Shown here in pieces: positions 17,383 through 26,006 of a stretch of DNA of 32,000 nucleotides (position 1 is its first letter; each line of letters opens with the position of its first letter). Below the pieces are notes generated by a model. The model was given only the letters and a program-made list of their open reading frames with translations. It was not told the DNA's origin and made no database searches. The translations under genes and the position numbers were made by a program. Source of the stretch: Geobacter sulfurreducens PCA (GTDB lineage: Bacteria > Desulfobacterota > Desulfuromonadia > Geobacterales > Geobacteraceae); contig NC_002939.5 in the NCBI RefSeq assembly GCF_000007985.2, forward strand, positions 2,190,001-2,222,000, in the 5' to 3' direction.

Positions 17383-17586
17383 GAAGTCCCTCCCCTGGGA
17401 GCATGGCCGCCACCGAGCCGTGGAGACCGTGATTAACCGGCCACCAAAGGGTAATACATACCCCGTGGGGAGTCAACCCTGCGACCGGAGTGGCCTCATT
17501 GATTTGCATATGCGGCCCCGAGGGACCGGGTCGCCAGGGGTATGTCCGAAAGGCTTCGCGATCCCTGTGGCGGCGGGATTTTTCCG

Positions 17587-17616
17587 TTGACTTTATTCTT
17601 TTGAAATTGCTAGATT
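17587..17616 (+). promoter_or_regulatory. Candidate sigma70 promoter TTGACT-18-TAGATT (extended TGC) for the cysteine-rich mini-protein gene
   Basis: -35 TTGACT at 17587-17592 and -10 TAGATT at 17611-17616, preceded by TGC. Lies about 50 nt upstream of ATG 17665. Confidence 0.45.
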
Positions 17617-17664
17617 TGATACTACACAGGTTTACGGAAAAAACACTTGTTAGGAGGATTCAGG

Positions 17665-17955
17665 ATGCTGTGTCAAACGGTACTTCCCGGTACCGAGTGT
17701 ACCTTCTGGGGAAAACAAGGTTGCATCTTCACCGGCGGTTCCTGCCAAAACGTGGTTGAGAACTGCGAAGGATGCGAGCGGATCGTCGAGGGGACCATCG
17801 GCAAGGTCTGCAGCGCCTACCCGGCTCCGGGCAAAAAGTGGGTCGGCGGTATCTGCAACTTCGCCACCCACGTGAAGGTCGAGATAAAGAGCGAGGACGT
17901 CAGGGTCAACCCGCTCAAGGCCTCCAAGAAGGCCTCCGGCGGCAAGAAGAAGTAA
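17665..17955 (+). CDS. Small cysteine-rich protein, PxxKW-type (function unknown)
   Basis: 96 aa from ATG 17665, with AGGAGG 6 nt upstream; the ORF-track TTG at 17647 is less likely. Eight Cys at positions 3, 12, 20, 27, 34, 37, 49 and 64, a PGKKW motif and a Lys-rich tail ([12 protein letters not shown]). I recall a 'PxxKW family cysteine-rich protein' label from Geobacter and Desulfovibrio annotations, but this is memory and is not verified. Confidence 0.7.
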   Translation: MLCQTVLPGTECTFWGKQGCIFTGGSCQNVVENCEGCERIVEGTIGKVCSAYPAPGKKWVGGICNFATHVKVEIKSEDVRVNPLKASKKASGGKKK

Positions 17956-17979
17956 GCCGGCCGGCCGCAACAAGACCGA

Positions 17980-18007
17980 GGGGGGAGGAAGCGATTCCTC
18001 CCCTTTT
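17980..18007 (+). terminator. Intrinsic terminator after the cysteine-rich gene
   Basis: GGGGGAGGAA (17980-17989), GCGA tetraloop, TTCCTCCCCC (17994-18003), then TTTT. The Nudix SD (GGAGGA, 18017-18022) follows immediately. Confidence 0.7.
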
Positions 18008-18026
18008 CATTTCCCCGGAGGACGCC

Positions 18027-18479
18027 ATGCCCTTCGAGTATCTCTCCTGTCCCCGTTGCGGGGAAAAAGTCCGTGCGTACCGCAATCCCGTCCCCACGGT
18101 CGACATTATCATCGAAACGCCGGACGGCATTGTTCTCATTGAACGAAAAAACGAACCGTTGGGATGGGCGCTGCCGGGGGGATTCGTGGATTACGGCGAG
18201 TCCCTTGAGGACGCGGCCGTCCGCGAGGCATGGGAAGAAACCTCTCTCCGTGTGGCAGGGCTCAGGCTCCTGGGGTGTTATTCCGACCCCCGGCGCGACG
18301 CACGTCAGCACACCATATCAACCGTTTTCATCGCCACCGCACAGGGCACGCCCCGGGCGGGCGACGACGCGGCCGGGCTCGCCGTTTTTCCATCAAACAA
18401 ACTCCCAGCCACGCTCTGTTTCGATCATCGAAAAATCCTCGACGACTACCTGCTCGTTACGGGGCTGAGTTCAGACTGA
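18027..18479 (+). CDS. Nudix hydrolase with an N-terminal CxxC motif (possible zinc-ribbon remnant)
   Basis: Start trimmed to ATG 18027 ([15 protein letters not shown]). Near-canonical Nudix box [24 protein letters not shown] (Gx5Ex7REUxEExxU). Confidence 0.85.
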   Translation: MPFEYLSCPRCGEKVRAYRNPVPTVDIIIETPDGIVLIERKNEPLGWALPGGFVDYGESLEDAAVREAWEETSLRVAGLRLLGCYSDPRRDARQHTISTVFIATAQGTPRAGDDAAGLAVFPSNKLPATLCFDHRKILDDYLLVTGLSSD

Positions 18480-20856
18480 CAGGCGCCACCAAGGTGGTCC
18501 TGCCCCGAAGAAAATCGGCCACATCCTCCGAAGGCATGGGCGTACTGAACAAAAACCCCTGAACCTCATCGCACTTGTTTTCGGACAGAAACGTCAACTG
18601 TCCCTCGGTTTCCACTCCCTCGGCAATTACCTTAAGGTTGAGACTGTTCCCCATGGCAATGATCGCCGTGGCGATGGCGGCGTCGGCTGAATTGATCTCC
18701 ACATCGCGCACGAACGATTTGTCGATCTTCAGGGTATTGATGGAGAAGCGCTTCAGGTGGGCCAGAGACGAGTAACCGGTGCCGAAGTCGTCGATGGATA
18801 TGTGGATGCCCAGGTCTCTGATTTCCGCCAGGACCGCCACGGCAAAATCCGGGTTCTGCATGATGACGCTCTCGGTTATCTCCAGTTCCAGAAGTCCGGG
18901 GTCAAGGCCGGTATCAGCCAGCACGGTGCGTATGATATCCAACAGGTTAGGCTGCTGGAACTGATAACCGGACAGATTGACTGCCACCTTCATGGGCGGC
19001 AGCCCCATCTCGAGCCACTTCCGATTCTGGAGACAAGCGGCACGCAGCACCCATTCGCCGATGGGAACGATGAGCCCCGTCTCCTCGGCCAGAGGAATGA
19101 ATTCCGACGGAGCCACAAGGCCGAGCGTCGGATGCTGCCAGCGCAGCAGGGCCTCCATGGCGGTTATCTGCTTGGTCGTGATATCGACTTTGGGCTGATA
19201 GTAAACCCGGAACTCTTCGTTATCCAGCGCCTTGCGCAGACTGGTTTCAAGGAGCAGCCGCTTGTCCGCGTTGGCGTCCATCTTGGGGACGTAGAACTTG
19301 AAGGTGTTTCTCCCTTCCCCCTTTGCATGGTACATGGCGATGTCGGCCTTCTTGACCAGGTTATCCGGATTTTCATCGTCGCCGGGGTAGAGGGCGATGC
19401 CGATGCTCGTGGTGATGTAGAGCTCGAAGCTGTCCACCATAAACGGAACGGACAGGGATTTGAGTATCTTCTGGGCTACCCGCTTCACGTCCTCGACAGA
19501 ATCGATGTTCACAAGCACGACGGTGAACTCGTCGCCACCGATGCGCGCCACGGTATCCACCTCCCGCACGCAGTCCACAAGGCGCTTCGCCACTTCCTGC
19601 AGGAGTTTGTCGCCCACTGGATGGCCGAGAGTGTCGTTGATGATCTTGAAGCGGTCCAGATCGAGAAACATGAGCGCCACATGATGCCGGTATCGATTGG
19701 CATGGGCCTTTGCCTGCTGAAGGCGGTCCAGGAAGAGGATGCGGTTGGGAAGCCCAGTCAGTGTGTCATGATGGGCGAGACGATAGAGCTGTTCCTCCAC
19801 CTGCTTGCGCTCGGTGATGTCCCGGCAGATGCCCCACACTGCGGTGGAGCCTTCACCATCGACGCCACAGGTGAGGCTCCCCTCAACAATGATGGATCGT
19901 CCTCCCTTGGCAACCAGTGTTGCTTCGAGCGGACTGAGCACATCGCCTGCGAGAATCCGCTCCAGTTCCGCATTGCATCGCTCCCTGCTGTCGGGATGAA
20001 TGATGCCGAAGAAGGAAAGCTCCTTCGCCTCCTCTGCCGTATAGCCGAGAACCTGCTGCCACGCCTCGTTCACGTATCGAAGCCGGCCCTCGGGAGAAAA
20101 ACTCAGGATCAGATCGTTGGCCGTATCGAGGAAGCCCATGAGCCGCTCTTCGCTTTGCCTCGTCGCTTCCGACTCACGCTCGATCACCGATACAAAATAG
20201 GAACCTATGACGGCTGCCGCCGCGTTGAGCAGCGACACCCAGAGCCAGACCAGAAGAATGTAATGAGGATCCTGGTGGAGCCCCGGCTCGACAAAGGGCA
20301 TGGGGACGTTTGGAATGAAGCCGAAATGCTCAAGGGCAAGCAATGCCCCGTAGAGAATGCCGCCGAACGCCCCCACGAACCAGACTTCACGCTTCCCCTC
20401 AATCAGAAATGCGGCTTCAATGGTGACAATGAGATAGACCGGCCAGAACCAACTGGAGGCACCACCGCTGAGGTGAACGAGAACCGTCACCAGAAGCAGG
20501 TCGAGGACAATCTGAAAGACGTTAATGAATCTGAAACAACAGATAATTCGTTGGTAAAAGAGATGAAGCAGAAGATTGTAGGCAATCACCGTCGACGCGG
20601 TAACCACGAGGAACATCACCTGTGAGGGTGACAAAAAGAGACCGATACGACTGACATAATACGTACTTCCCGCAACAAGGCAGTAGATGCCCACAAGCGT
20701 CAGGAGCAGCCAACGACACTTGACCACGAGAAAGGTGCGAGCCTTGAACTCTTCCAAGCGCCCGGATTCCGGAGACTTGAGACCTTCGCGCAGATGCTTG
20801 AGTCGCCGGGCCACCGAATCGAGCCAACGTGAACCGGTCAATGAAGTCTGGGCCAT
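18457..20856 (-). CDS. Membrane-anchored PAS-GGDEF-EAL protein (c-di-GMP synthase/phosphodiesterase, both domains look intact)
   Basis: 799 aa. About 6 N-terminal TM helices, a PAS region, and RIGGDEF with an REVD I-site 5 residues upstream. EAL motifs are all present: [43 protein letters not shown]. Confidence 0.9.
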   Translation of the reverse strand: MAQTSLTGSRWLDSVARRLKHLREGLKSPESGRLEEFKARTFLVVKCRWLLLTLVGIYCLVAGSTYYVSRIGLFLSPSQVMFLVVTASTVIAYNLLLHLFYQRIICCFRFINVFQIVLDLLLVTVLVHLSGGASSWFWPVYLIVTIEAAFLIEGKREVWFVGAFGGILYGALLALEHFGFIPNVPMPFVEPGLHQDPHYILLVWLWVSLLNAAAAVIGSYFVSVIERESEATRQSEERLMGFLDTANDLILSFSPEGRLRYVNEAWQQVLGYTAEEAKELSFFGIIHPDSRERCNAELERILAGDVLSPLEATLVAKGGRSIIVEGSLTCGVDGEGSTAVWGICRDITERKQVEEQLYRLAHHDTLTGLPNRILFLDRLQQAKAHANRYRHHVALMFLDLDRFKIINDTLGHPVGDKLLQEVAKRLVDCVREVDTVARIGGDEFTVVLVNIDSVEDVKRVAQKILKSLSVPFMVDSFELYITTSIGIALYPGDDENPDNLVKKADIAMYHAKGEGRNTFKFYVPKMDANADKRLLLETSLRKALDNEEFRVYYQPKVDITTKQITAMEALLRWQHPTLGLVAPSEFIPLAEETGLIVPIGEWVLRAACLQNRKWLEMGLPPMKVAVNLSGYQFQQPNLLDIIRTVLADTGLDPGLLELEITESVIMQNPDFAVAVLAEIRDLGIHISIDDFGTGYSSLAHLKRFSINTLKIDKSFVRDVEINSADAAIATAIIAMGNSLNLKVIAEGVETEGQLTFLSENKCDEVQGFLFSTPMPSEDVADFLRGRTTLVAPVSLNSAP

Positions 20857-20869
20857 GAATATTTATTCA

Positions 20870-20884
20870 GCAATTCATATGCCA
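20870..20884 (-). promoter_or_regulatory. Sigma54-type -24/-12 element immediately upstream of the GGDEF-EAL gene
   Basis: Minus strand TGGCATatgaaTTGCT (20884-20869), consensus TGGCAC-N5-TTGCW. It sits in a 35-nt AT-rich gap with no SD. The -12 GC is only 13 nt from the ATG. Confidence 0.45.
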
Positions 20885-20891
20885 ACCATCC

Positions 20892-21713
20892 TCAAGAAAA
20901 CAGGCGAATTTCCGGAGCCGACGCAATAGCGCCAAGCTCGGCTGCATGGCGGAAGAAGAGGCGCAGTCCATCCAGATGGGCGGGCGTCAGATCGTAGGAT
21001 ATAGTTCGCCAGTAGTCGACCAGCTGTTCTTCACCGATCCAGTTGCGCTCCGGCGCCTCTGCCGCAATGGCGGGGTAGGACTCGTAGGAAATCCGTTTTG
21101 CCTTGAGCAGATCGGCGCCCAGCCGGACCACCTTATCCCGCTGCGACTCCGCAGCCTCACGGCGAACCAGCCAGAGGGCAAATACGAACGGAAGTCCCGT
21201 GAACCGGTACCACAGCTCACCCAAGTCATAGACGTGGGGAGCGGTGCCAGCGAGAGCCCCGCGAAGGGCCTTGTCGCCGATGAGCAACAGACCTGGATGG
21301 GCTTCCAGCGCCTCGGTCAGCGGGAGATCGGTCCGCTGGAACCGATTGGTGAACCGGTGGAAGAGACCCAGGATAATCTTTAAAAGGTTGACCGATGTAT
21401 CGGACTCCGTGGTCATGGCAATGGTGGCGCCATCCAATTGCTCGATGGGTACGCGGGAAAAAAGCATGACGCTCTTAACCGGTCCCACCGCGCTAATGGA
21501 AAGATCGGGCAGGATCACGTAGCGATCGGGATGGGTGGCGTATTCGATGGATGACGACGGGCAGACGTCGATCTCGCCATGGGCAAGCAGTCGGTTGAGC
21601 TGGGCAGGCACCCCCGTCACGATCCGGTAATCCGGGGAGTGGCCGAGGTCTCGCAGAGCGGTGAAAATGGGCGTACAGTTGGCATAGACTATATGGCCGA
21701 GCGTCAGTGGCAT
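20892..21713 (-). CDS. MqnA-like protein (DUF178, periplasmic-binding-protein fold; chorismate dehydratase of the futalosine route, or a paralogue)
   Basis: 273 aa. The N-terminus LTLGHIVYANCTPIF resembles the MqnA signature (lrlG.i.YlN..P). No signal peptide. GGAG SD. Confidence 0.6.
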   Translation of the reverse strand: MPLTLGHIVYANCTPIFTALRDLGHSPDYRIVTGVPAQLNRLLAHGEIDVCPSSSIEYATHPDRYVILPDLSISAVGPVKSVMLFSRVPIEQLDGATIAMTTESDTSVNLLKIILGLFHRFTNRFQRTDLPLTEALEAHPGLLLIGDKALRGALAGTAPHVYDLGELWYRFTGLPFVFALWLVRREAAESQRDKVVRLGADLLKAKRISYESYPAIAAEAPERNWIGEEQLVDYWRTISYDLTPAHLDGLRLFFRHAAELGAIASAPEIRLFS

Positions 21714-21732
21714 TGCGTGCTCCGGTTATGGT

Positions 21733-21767
21733 CAAAAACAAAGGCGAGATGGGTATCTCGCCTTTGT
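21733..21767 (-). terminator. Intrinsic terminator after gcvH
   Basis: Minus-strand RNA ACAAAGGCGAGAU-ACCC-AUCUCGCCUUUGU followed by UUUUU: a 13-bp perfect stem. The SD and ATG of the MqnA-like gene follow within 20 nt. Confidence 0.7.
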
Positions 21768-21792
21768 CAGCGGGCTGAAACTCCGCTGTTGG

Positions 21793-22191
21793 TTATTCTT
21801 CGTCTTCGTCGGTCTGGCTTACATACTCTGCGTAATCTTCCGCCGACAGGAGCGACTTGAGTTCTTCAGGGTCATCAAGGGAGACCGCCGCAATCCAGCC
21901 CCCGTCATAGGGGTCGTCATTGATGACCTCCGGAGCCGCGTCCAATTCCTCGTTTACCTCCAGCACCGTCCCGCTGATGGGAGCGTAAAGTTCCGACGCA
22001 GTCTTGCGTGCCTCAAGGGAGCCGAAGGAATCCTCCTGCTCCAGTTCATCCCCAACTGTGGGCAGTTCTATGGCACTGATGGTGCCCAAGGCATCCTGGG
22101 CATAATCGGTCAGCCCGATGACCGCCCGATCCCCCTCTTCCCTGACCCAAACGTGTTCCTTGCTGTACTTGAGCTCTTCAGGAAAATCCAT
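21793..22191 (-). CDS. gcvH: Glycine-cleavage H-protein family lipoyl carrier
   Basis: 132 aa. YSKEHVWV, IGLTDYAQDALG, and the lipoyl-lysine region SLEARKTASELYAPISG. Acidic tail. Starts 3 nt after the accC stop. Confidence 0.85.
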   Translation of the reverse strand: MDFPEELKYSKEHVWVREEGDRAVIGLTDYAQDALGTISAIELPTVGDELEQEDSFGSLEARKTASELYAPISGTVLEVNEELDAAPEVINDDPYDGGWIAAVSLDDPEELKSLLSAEDYAEYVSQTDEDEE

Positions 22192-22194
22192 GCC

Positions 22195-23535
22195 CTACTC
22201 CAGCACGATTCGCTCGAGGAAGCCGGTGTCGACATTCCCCTCCATAAAGTCTTTGTTGTCCATGATCCTCTTATGGAAGGGGATTGTGGTCTTGATGCCC
22301 TCAATGATGTACTCGTCAAGGGCGCGGGCCATGCGGCGGATGGCGTCTTCCCTGGTCTCTGCGTGGACGATCAGCTTCGCTATGAGCGAGTCGTAGTGGG
22401 GGACCACGGAATACTGATCATAGACGAAAGAATCGATCCGCACACCCAGACCTCCCGGGGTATGGTAACCGACGATCTTGCCCGGCGACGGGGTGAACTT
22501 CACCGGATCTTCAGCATTGATACGGCATTCAATAGCGTGACCGTGCAGTTTAATGTCGCTTTGCTTGTAACGAAGCTTGAGACCGGCTGCAGAACGGATC
22601 TGCTCCCGGACGATGTCGATGCCGGTCACCATTTCGGTCACCGGATGCTCAACCTGCACCCGGGTATTCATTTCCATGAAATAGAAGTTGAGGTCCTTGT
22701 CCACCAGGAACTCAACGGTGCCGACACTGTCGTACCCCACTGCCTTGGACGCGCGAACAGCCGCATCACCCATGGCCTTGCGGAGTGCAGGAGTCATGAC
22801 CGGGCACGGCGACTCCTCGATGATCTTCTGGTGGCGACGCTGGATGGAGCAGTCCCGCTCACCCAGGTGAATCACGTTACCGTGCTTGTCGGCCATGACC
22901 TGGATCTCAACGTGGCGCGGCTTCTCGCAATACTTCTCAATGTAGACCTCAGGGTTGCCGAAACCGGCCTGAGCCTCGGCGCGAGCCGTGGCAAAGGCGT
23001 TGGGGAGGGCCGCCGGGGAGTGCACGATCTTCATCCCCCGGCCACCGCCTCCGGCAGTCGCCTTGATGATGACGGGGAAGCCGATCTTCTTGGCGATCTT
23101 CACCGCCTCGTTGACGTCGTTAACCCCCTCCTTGGTGCCGGGCAGGATCGGCACATTTTCCTTGATCACCGCCTGCCGGGCGCTGATCTTGTCGCCCATG
23201 ATGCGCATGCTTTGTGAAGAGGGGCCGATGAAGGTTATACCGCAGTTTTCACAGATTTCGGCAAAAGCGGCATTTTCCGACAGAAAACCGTAGCCGGGGT
23301 GGATTGCCTCGGCATCGGTCAATTCGGCAGCCGAAATGATGGCGTTAATATTAAGATAGCTCTGCAGGCTCGGCGCGGGACCGATGCAGACACTCTCATC
23401 CGCGAGCTTCACATGGAGCGAATCCCTGTCCGCTGTCGAGTAGACGGCAACGGTCTTGATTCCCAGCTCTTTGCAGGCCCGGATGACCCTCAGGGCGATT
23501 TCGCCACGATTTGCAATCAGAACTTTATGAAACAT
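22195..23535 (-). CDS. accC: Acetyl-CoA carboxylase biotin carboxylase subunit
   Basis: [29 protein letters not shown]-grasp motifs ([20 protein letters not shown]). Start trimmed to ATG 23535 with a GGAGAAA SD. Confidence 0.95.
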   Translation of the reverse strand: MFHKVLIANRGEIALRVIRACKELGIKTVAVYSTADRDSLHVKLADESVCIGPAPSLQSYLNINAIISAAELTDAEAIHPGYGFLSENAAFAEICENCGITFIGPSSQSMRIMGDKISARQAVIKENVPILPGTKEGVNDVNEAVKIAKKIGFPVIIKATAGGGGRGMKIVHSPAALPNAFATARAEAQAGFGNPEVYIEKYCEKPRHVEIQVMADKHGNVIHLGERDCSIQRRHQKIIEESPCPVMTPALRKAMGDAAVRASKAVGYDSVGTVEFLVDKDLNFYFMEMNTRVQVEHPVTEMVTGIDIVREQIRSAAGLKLRYKQSDIKLHGHAIECRINAEDPVKFTPSPGKIVGYHTPGGLGVRIDSFVYDQYSVVPHYDSLIAKLIVHAETREDAIRRMARALDEYIIEGIKTTIPFHKRIMDNKDFMEGNVDTGFLERIVLE

Positions 23536-23565
23536 GTATGATTTCTCCAATGACGGCCGGGACGA

Positions 23566-24042
23566 CTACATCGGCTCCACGATGAAGAGGGGCTCCCCGA
23601 ACTCCACCGGCTGGGCGTTCTCCTTGCAGATCTGGACGATCTTGCAGCGGAACTCGGCCTCGATTTCGTTCATGAGCTTCATGGCCTCAACGATGCAGAG
23701 GACCTGCCCCTTTTCAACCACTTGGCCGACTTCGACGTAAGGAGCCGCATCAGGGGCGGGAGCACGATAGAACGTACCGACGATGGGAGAGGTTACCTCC
23801 TTGCCACCCGCCACAGCGGGAGCAGCAGCAGAAACTGCAGCCGGAGCGGGAGCAGCAGCGGCAACCGGAGCGGCGATGGGCTGGGGAACGGCCATCATAG
23901 GCGCGGGGGCCTGATACTGGACCACCTGGGGAGTGCAGCCGCGCTTGATGCGAATCTTTTCCTCGGCACCCTCCAGCTCGAACTCAGTGATGTCGGTTTC
24001 GGTAACCATTTTTATGAGTGACTTCAGATCCTTGATATCCAT
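23566..24042 (-). CDS. accB: Acetyl-CoA carboxylase biotin carboxyl carrier protein
   Basis: Ala/Pro-rich linker and the biotinyl motif [14 protein letters not shown]. Start trimmed to ATG 24042 ([11 protein letters not shown]) with an AAGGAGA SD. Confidence 0.9.
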   Translation of the reverse strand: MDIKDLKSLIKMVTETDITEFELEGAEEKIRIKRGCTPQVVQYQAPAPMMAVPQPIAAPVAAAAPAPAAVSAAAPAVAGGKEVTSPIVGTFYRAPAPDAAPYVEVGQVVEKGQVLCIVEAMKLMNEIEAEFRCKIVQICKENAQPVEFGEPLFIVEPM

Positions 24043-24091
24043 GTATCGTATCTCCTTTGACGGGTATCGCCGCCGGGACAAGCCGACGGCG

Positions 24092-25159
24092 TTACAAAAT
24101 CATGAGTTCCTTGGGAATCATGGTAATGGGACGGCAACCGTCCTCAGTAACGATGACCGTGTCTTCAATCCGCACGCCACCCCAGCCGGGAATATAGATA
24201 CCCGGCTCGATAGTGAAAACCATGCCGACAGCCGCCACCCCCTCACCCCGGGGGGATACGACCGGCTTCTCGTGCACGTCAAGACCGACGCCATGGCCGA
24301 GACCATGGCCGAAAAAGGCGCCGTAGCCCTGCTCTTCAATATAGCCGCGGGCGATCCGGTCGATCTCCCGTAGTTCGGCCCCGGGCCTGACCGCGGCAAT
24401 CGCCCGATCGTGAGCTTCCTTGACAATGCCGTAAATCTGGCACTGGCGCTCATCGGGGACGCCCACGGCAACGGTCACGGTTTCGTCCGAACAGTAGCCC
24501 TCGTACCTAGCGCCGAAATCGATGGTGACCAGCTCTCCCGCAGCCAGTGCTTTGTCGCTGGCACGCCCGTGGGGGAGAGATCCCCGCTCGCCGGAGGCCA
24601 CAATGAAATCAAAGGATGCATTCTCCGCACCGGCGCGGCGCATGGCAAATTCGAGCTCAAGGGCCAGTTCACGCTCCACGGCGCCCGGCTTTACCAGCGG
24701 CAGGATTGACAGCAGGGCCTCGGAAGCCAGCCGGGCGACACGGGACAAAAGCTCACATTCCGAGGGGTCCTTGATCAGCCGGAGCTGGGCCAACTCCTCA
24801 CCGATGGGCACCAGTTCAGTCTTGGGGAGTTTTTGCCGCAGCGACTCGTACACGGCAAACGCCGTGTGTTCGGACTCGAACCCGATCCGGCGGAATCCTT
24901 GTTCCCGCACCAGCTCGGTGATTCCGTCGAGCTTGATGCGATATTCGACTGTCGGGAGTCCGACAACCTGGCGGGACGCCTGGGTGGTGTAGCGTGAATC
25001 GGTGAGAAACCAGCTCGCGTCTCTCCCGAGCACCACCGCGCCATCGCTTCCGGTGAAGCCGGAAAGGTAACGAACGTTACTCATGTTAAAAAACACGATG
25101 GCGTCCACATCGTGTTTTTCGGCATGACTCCGGGCTTTATTGAGCCTGTTTTGTAACAT
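24092..25159 (-). CDS. pepP: M24-family Xaa-Pro aminopeptidase/dipeptidase
   Basis: 355 aa. Creatinase-like N-terminal domain and a pita-bread catalytic domain with [13 protein letters not shown] and FTIEPGIY...RIED metal ligands. Confidence 0.85.
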   Translation of the reverse strand: MLQNRLNKARSHAEKHDVDAIVFFNMSNVRYLSGFTGSDGAVVLGRDASWFLTDSRYTTQASRQVVGLPTVEYRIKLDGITELVREQGFRRIGFESEHTAFAVYESLRQKLPKTELVPIGEELAQLRLIKDPSECELLSRVARLASEALLSILPLVKPGAVERELALELEFAMRRAGAENASFDFIVASGERGSLPHGRASDKALAAGELVTIDFGARYEGYCSDETVTVAVGVPDERQCQIYGIVKEAHDRAIAAVRPGAELREIDRIARGYIEEQGYGAFFGHGLGHGVGLDVHEKPVVSPRGEGVAAVGMVFTIEPGIYIPGWGGVRIEDTVIVTEDGCRPITMIPKELMIL

Positions 25160-25162
25160 GTT

Positions 25163-25615
25163 TCAACCCTTGGTGACAATCCCTTTTTCAATGTGGGTAA
25201 AAAGGGCGCGCAACCCGAGCAGGTAGCTGTCGGCGCCGAACCCCGTGATCTGCCCCACCGCGACGGCTGCAACAAAACTATGAGACCGGAACTCCTCCCG
25301 GCGGTGGATATTCGAGAGATGCACCTCCACCACCGGCAACGCCACAGCTGCGAGGGCGTCGCGAATGGCGACACTGGTGTGGGTATATGCGGCCGGATTG
25401 ATGAGAATGCCGTCACAGGTTCCCGCCGCAGCCTGGATGGCATCGACCAGTGCCCCTTCGCTGTTGGACTGGAACGGGGAAATCGTGCAGCCCAGTTCAT
25501 CGGCCAAGGCTACCAGAGACTCATTGATCCGATCAAGTGTTAACGTGCCATAGATGCCCGGTTCGCGGGTTCCCAGCATATTAAGGTTCGGACCGTGCAC
25601 CACGAGAATGCGCAT
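25163..25615 (-). CDS. aroQ: Type II 3-dehydroquinate dehydratase
   Basis: [23 protein letters not shown] and the [10 protein letters not shown] motif. Start trimmed to ATG 25615 with an AAGGAG SD. Confidence 0.9.
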   Translation of the reverse strand: MRILVVHGPNLNMLGTREPGIYGTLTLDRINESLVALADELGCTISPFQSNSEGALVDAIQAAAGTCDGILINPAAYTHTSVAIRDALAAVALPVVEVHLSNIHRREEFRSHSFVAAVAVGQITGFGADSYLLGLRALFTHIEKGIVTKG

Positions 25616-25643
25616 GCAACAACTCCTTTTCCGGAGAGGCCGG

Positions 25644-26006
25644 CTATGACAGCAGTTCGCGCAACTTCGGGGCGGCAAGGCGCAACAGGTAGCGCCCTTT
25701 GCCGTAGTTGCCGTCCCGCTCGAGAGTCAGGACCAAAAACGCATCGTCGTTTATGACCCGGACGATGACCCGCGACCGCTCGGTCGCAACGGAAACCTCC
25801 TCCATGTCGCCGGTCCCGAGCACATCGACCGTCCTTTTGACCTCCTTGAGCACGGTGGCGTATTCAACAGCCAGGAGATGGAGGTCCATGGGAGGATCTT
25901 CCCTGAGATACTCGTCGATATGGATACCGTCGTAGCCCATGATGGCCGCACCCAGCCCCCCCTCGACCCCTTCGACGATCTGCTTCAGTGCAGCACTGAA
26001 CGGCAT
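25644..26006 (-). CDS. Roadblock/LC7 domain protein (MglB/MglC-like fold)
   Basis: 120 aa from ATG 26006, with GGAGGA 7 nt upstream. The pattern [20 protein letters not shown] ... [40 protein letters not shown] is typical of Robl/LC7. Overlaps the end of the TPR gene by 22 nt. Confidence 0.7.
   Translation of the reverse strand: MPFSAALKQIVEGVEGGLGAAIMGYDGIHIDEYLREDPPMDLHLLAVEYATVLKEVKRTVDVLGTGDMEEVSVATERSRVIVRVINDDAFLVLTLERDGNYGKGRYLLRLAAPKLRELLS

Noticed and set aside
17530-17545. CUGGCGA in the pgm leader, reminiscent of the ZTP (pfl) riboswitch core
   Set aside because: The second ZTP signature (CCGCCUGGGC) and the pseudoknot partner are absent, and the gene context (pgm) does not fit purine or folate regulation.
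17545-17575. Possible GEMM-I (c-di-GMP/cGAMP) riboswitch core in the pgm leader: minus-strand UCGCGAAGCC resembles ACGCAAAGCC
   Set aside because: Only 8/10 of one short motif matches. I could not find the GGCAAA element, the GNRA tetraloop/receptor pair or the P1/P2 architecture, so it is most likely a chance resemblance. An Infernal scan would settle it.
18757-20625. 622-aa ORF on the plus strand, the longest unexplained ORF in the window
   Set aside because: It lies entirely antisense to the well-supported PAS-GGDEF-EAL gene. Its composition (D/V/G/H/R/L-rich, no recognisable motifs, no SD) is typical of shadow ORFs in high-GC DNA. The opposite-strand protein carries complete GGDEF and EAL signatures.
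22153-23217. Long antisense ORFs opposite accC (354 aa), and similarly opposite aroB (27169-28200, 343 aa), pilQ (30358-31233, 291 aa), nifS (13767-14525), pgm (16126-16869) and livM (10945-11766, alternative frame)
   Set aside because: All overlap genes with unambiguous family motifs. The translations are low-complexity and Arg/Gly/Pro/His-rich with no motifs or ribosome-binding sites. This is the expected consequence of GC3-rich coding on the partner frame.
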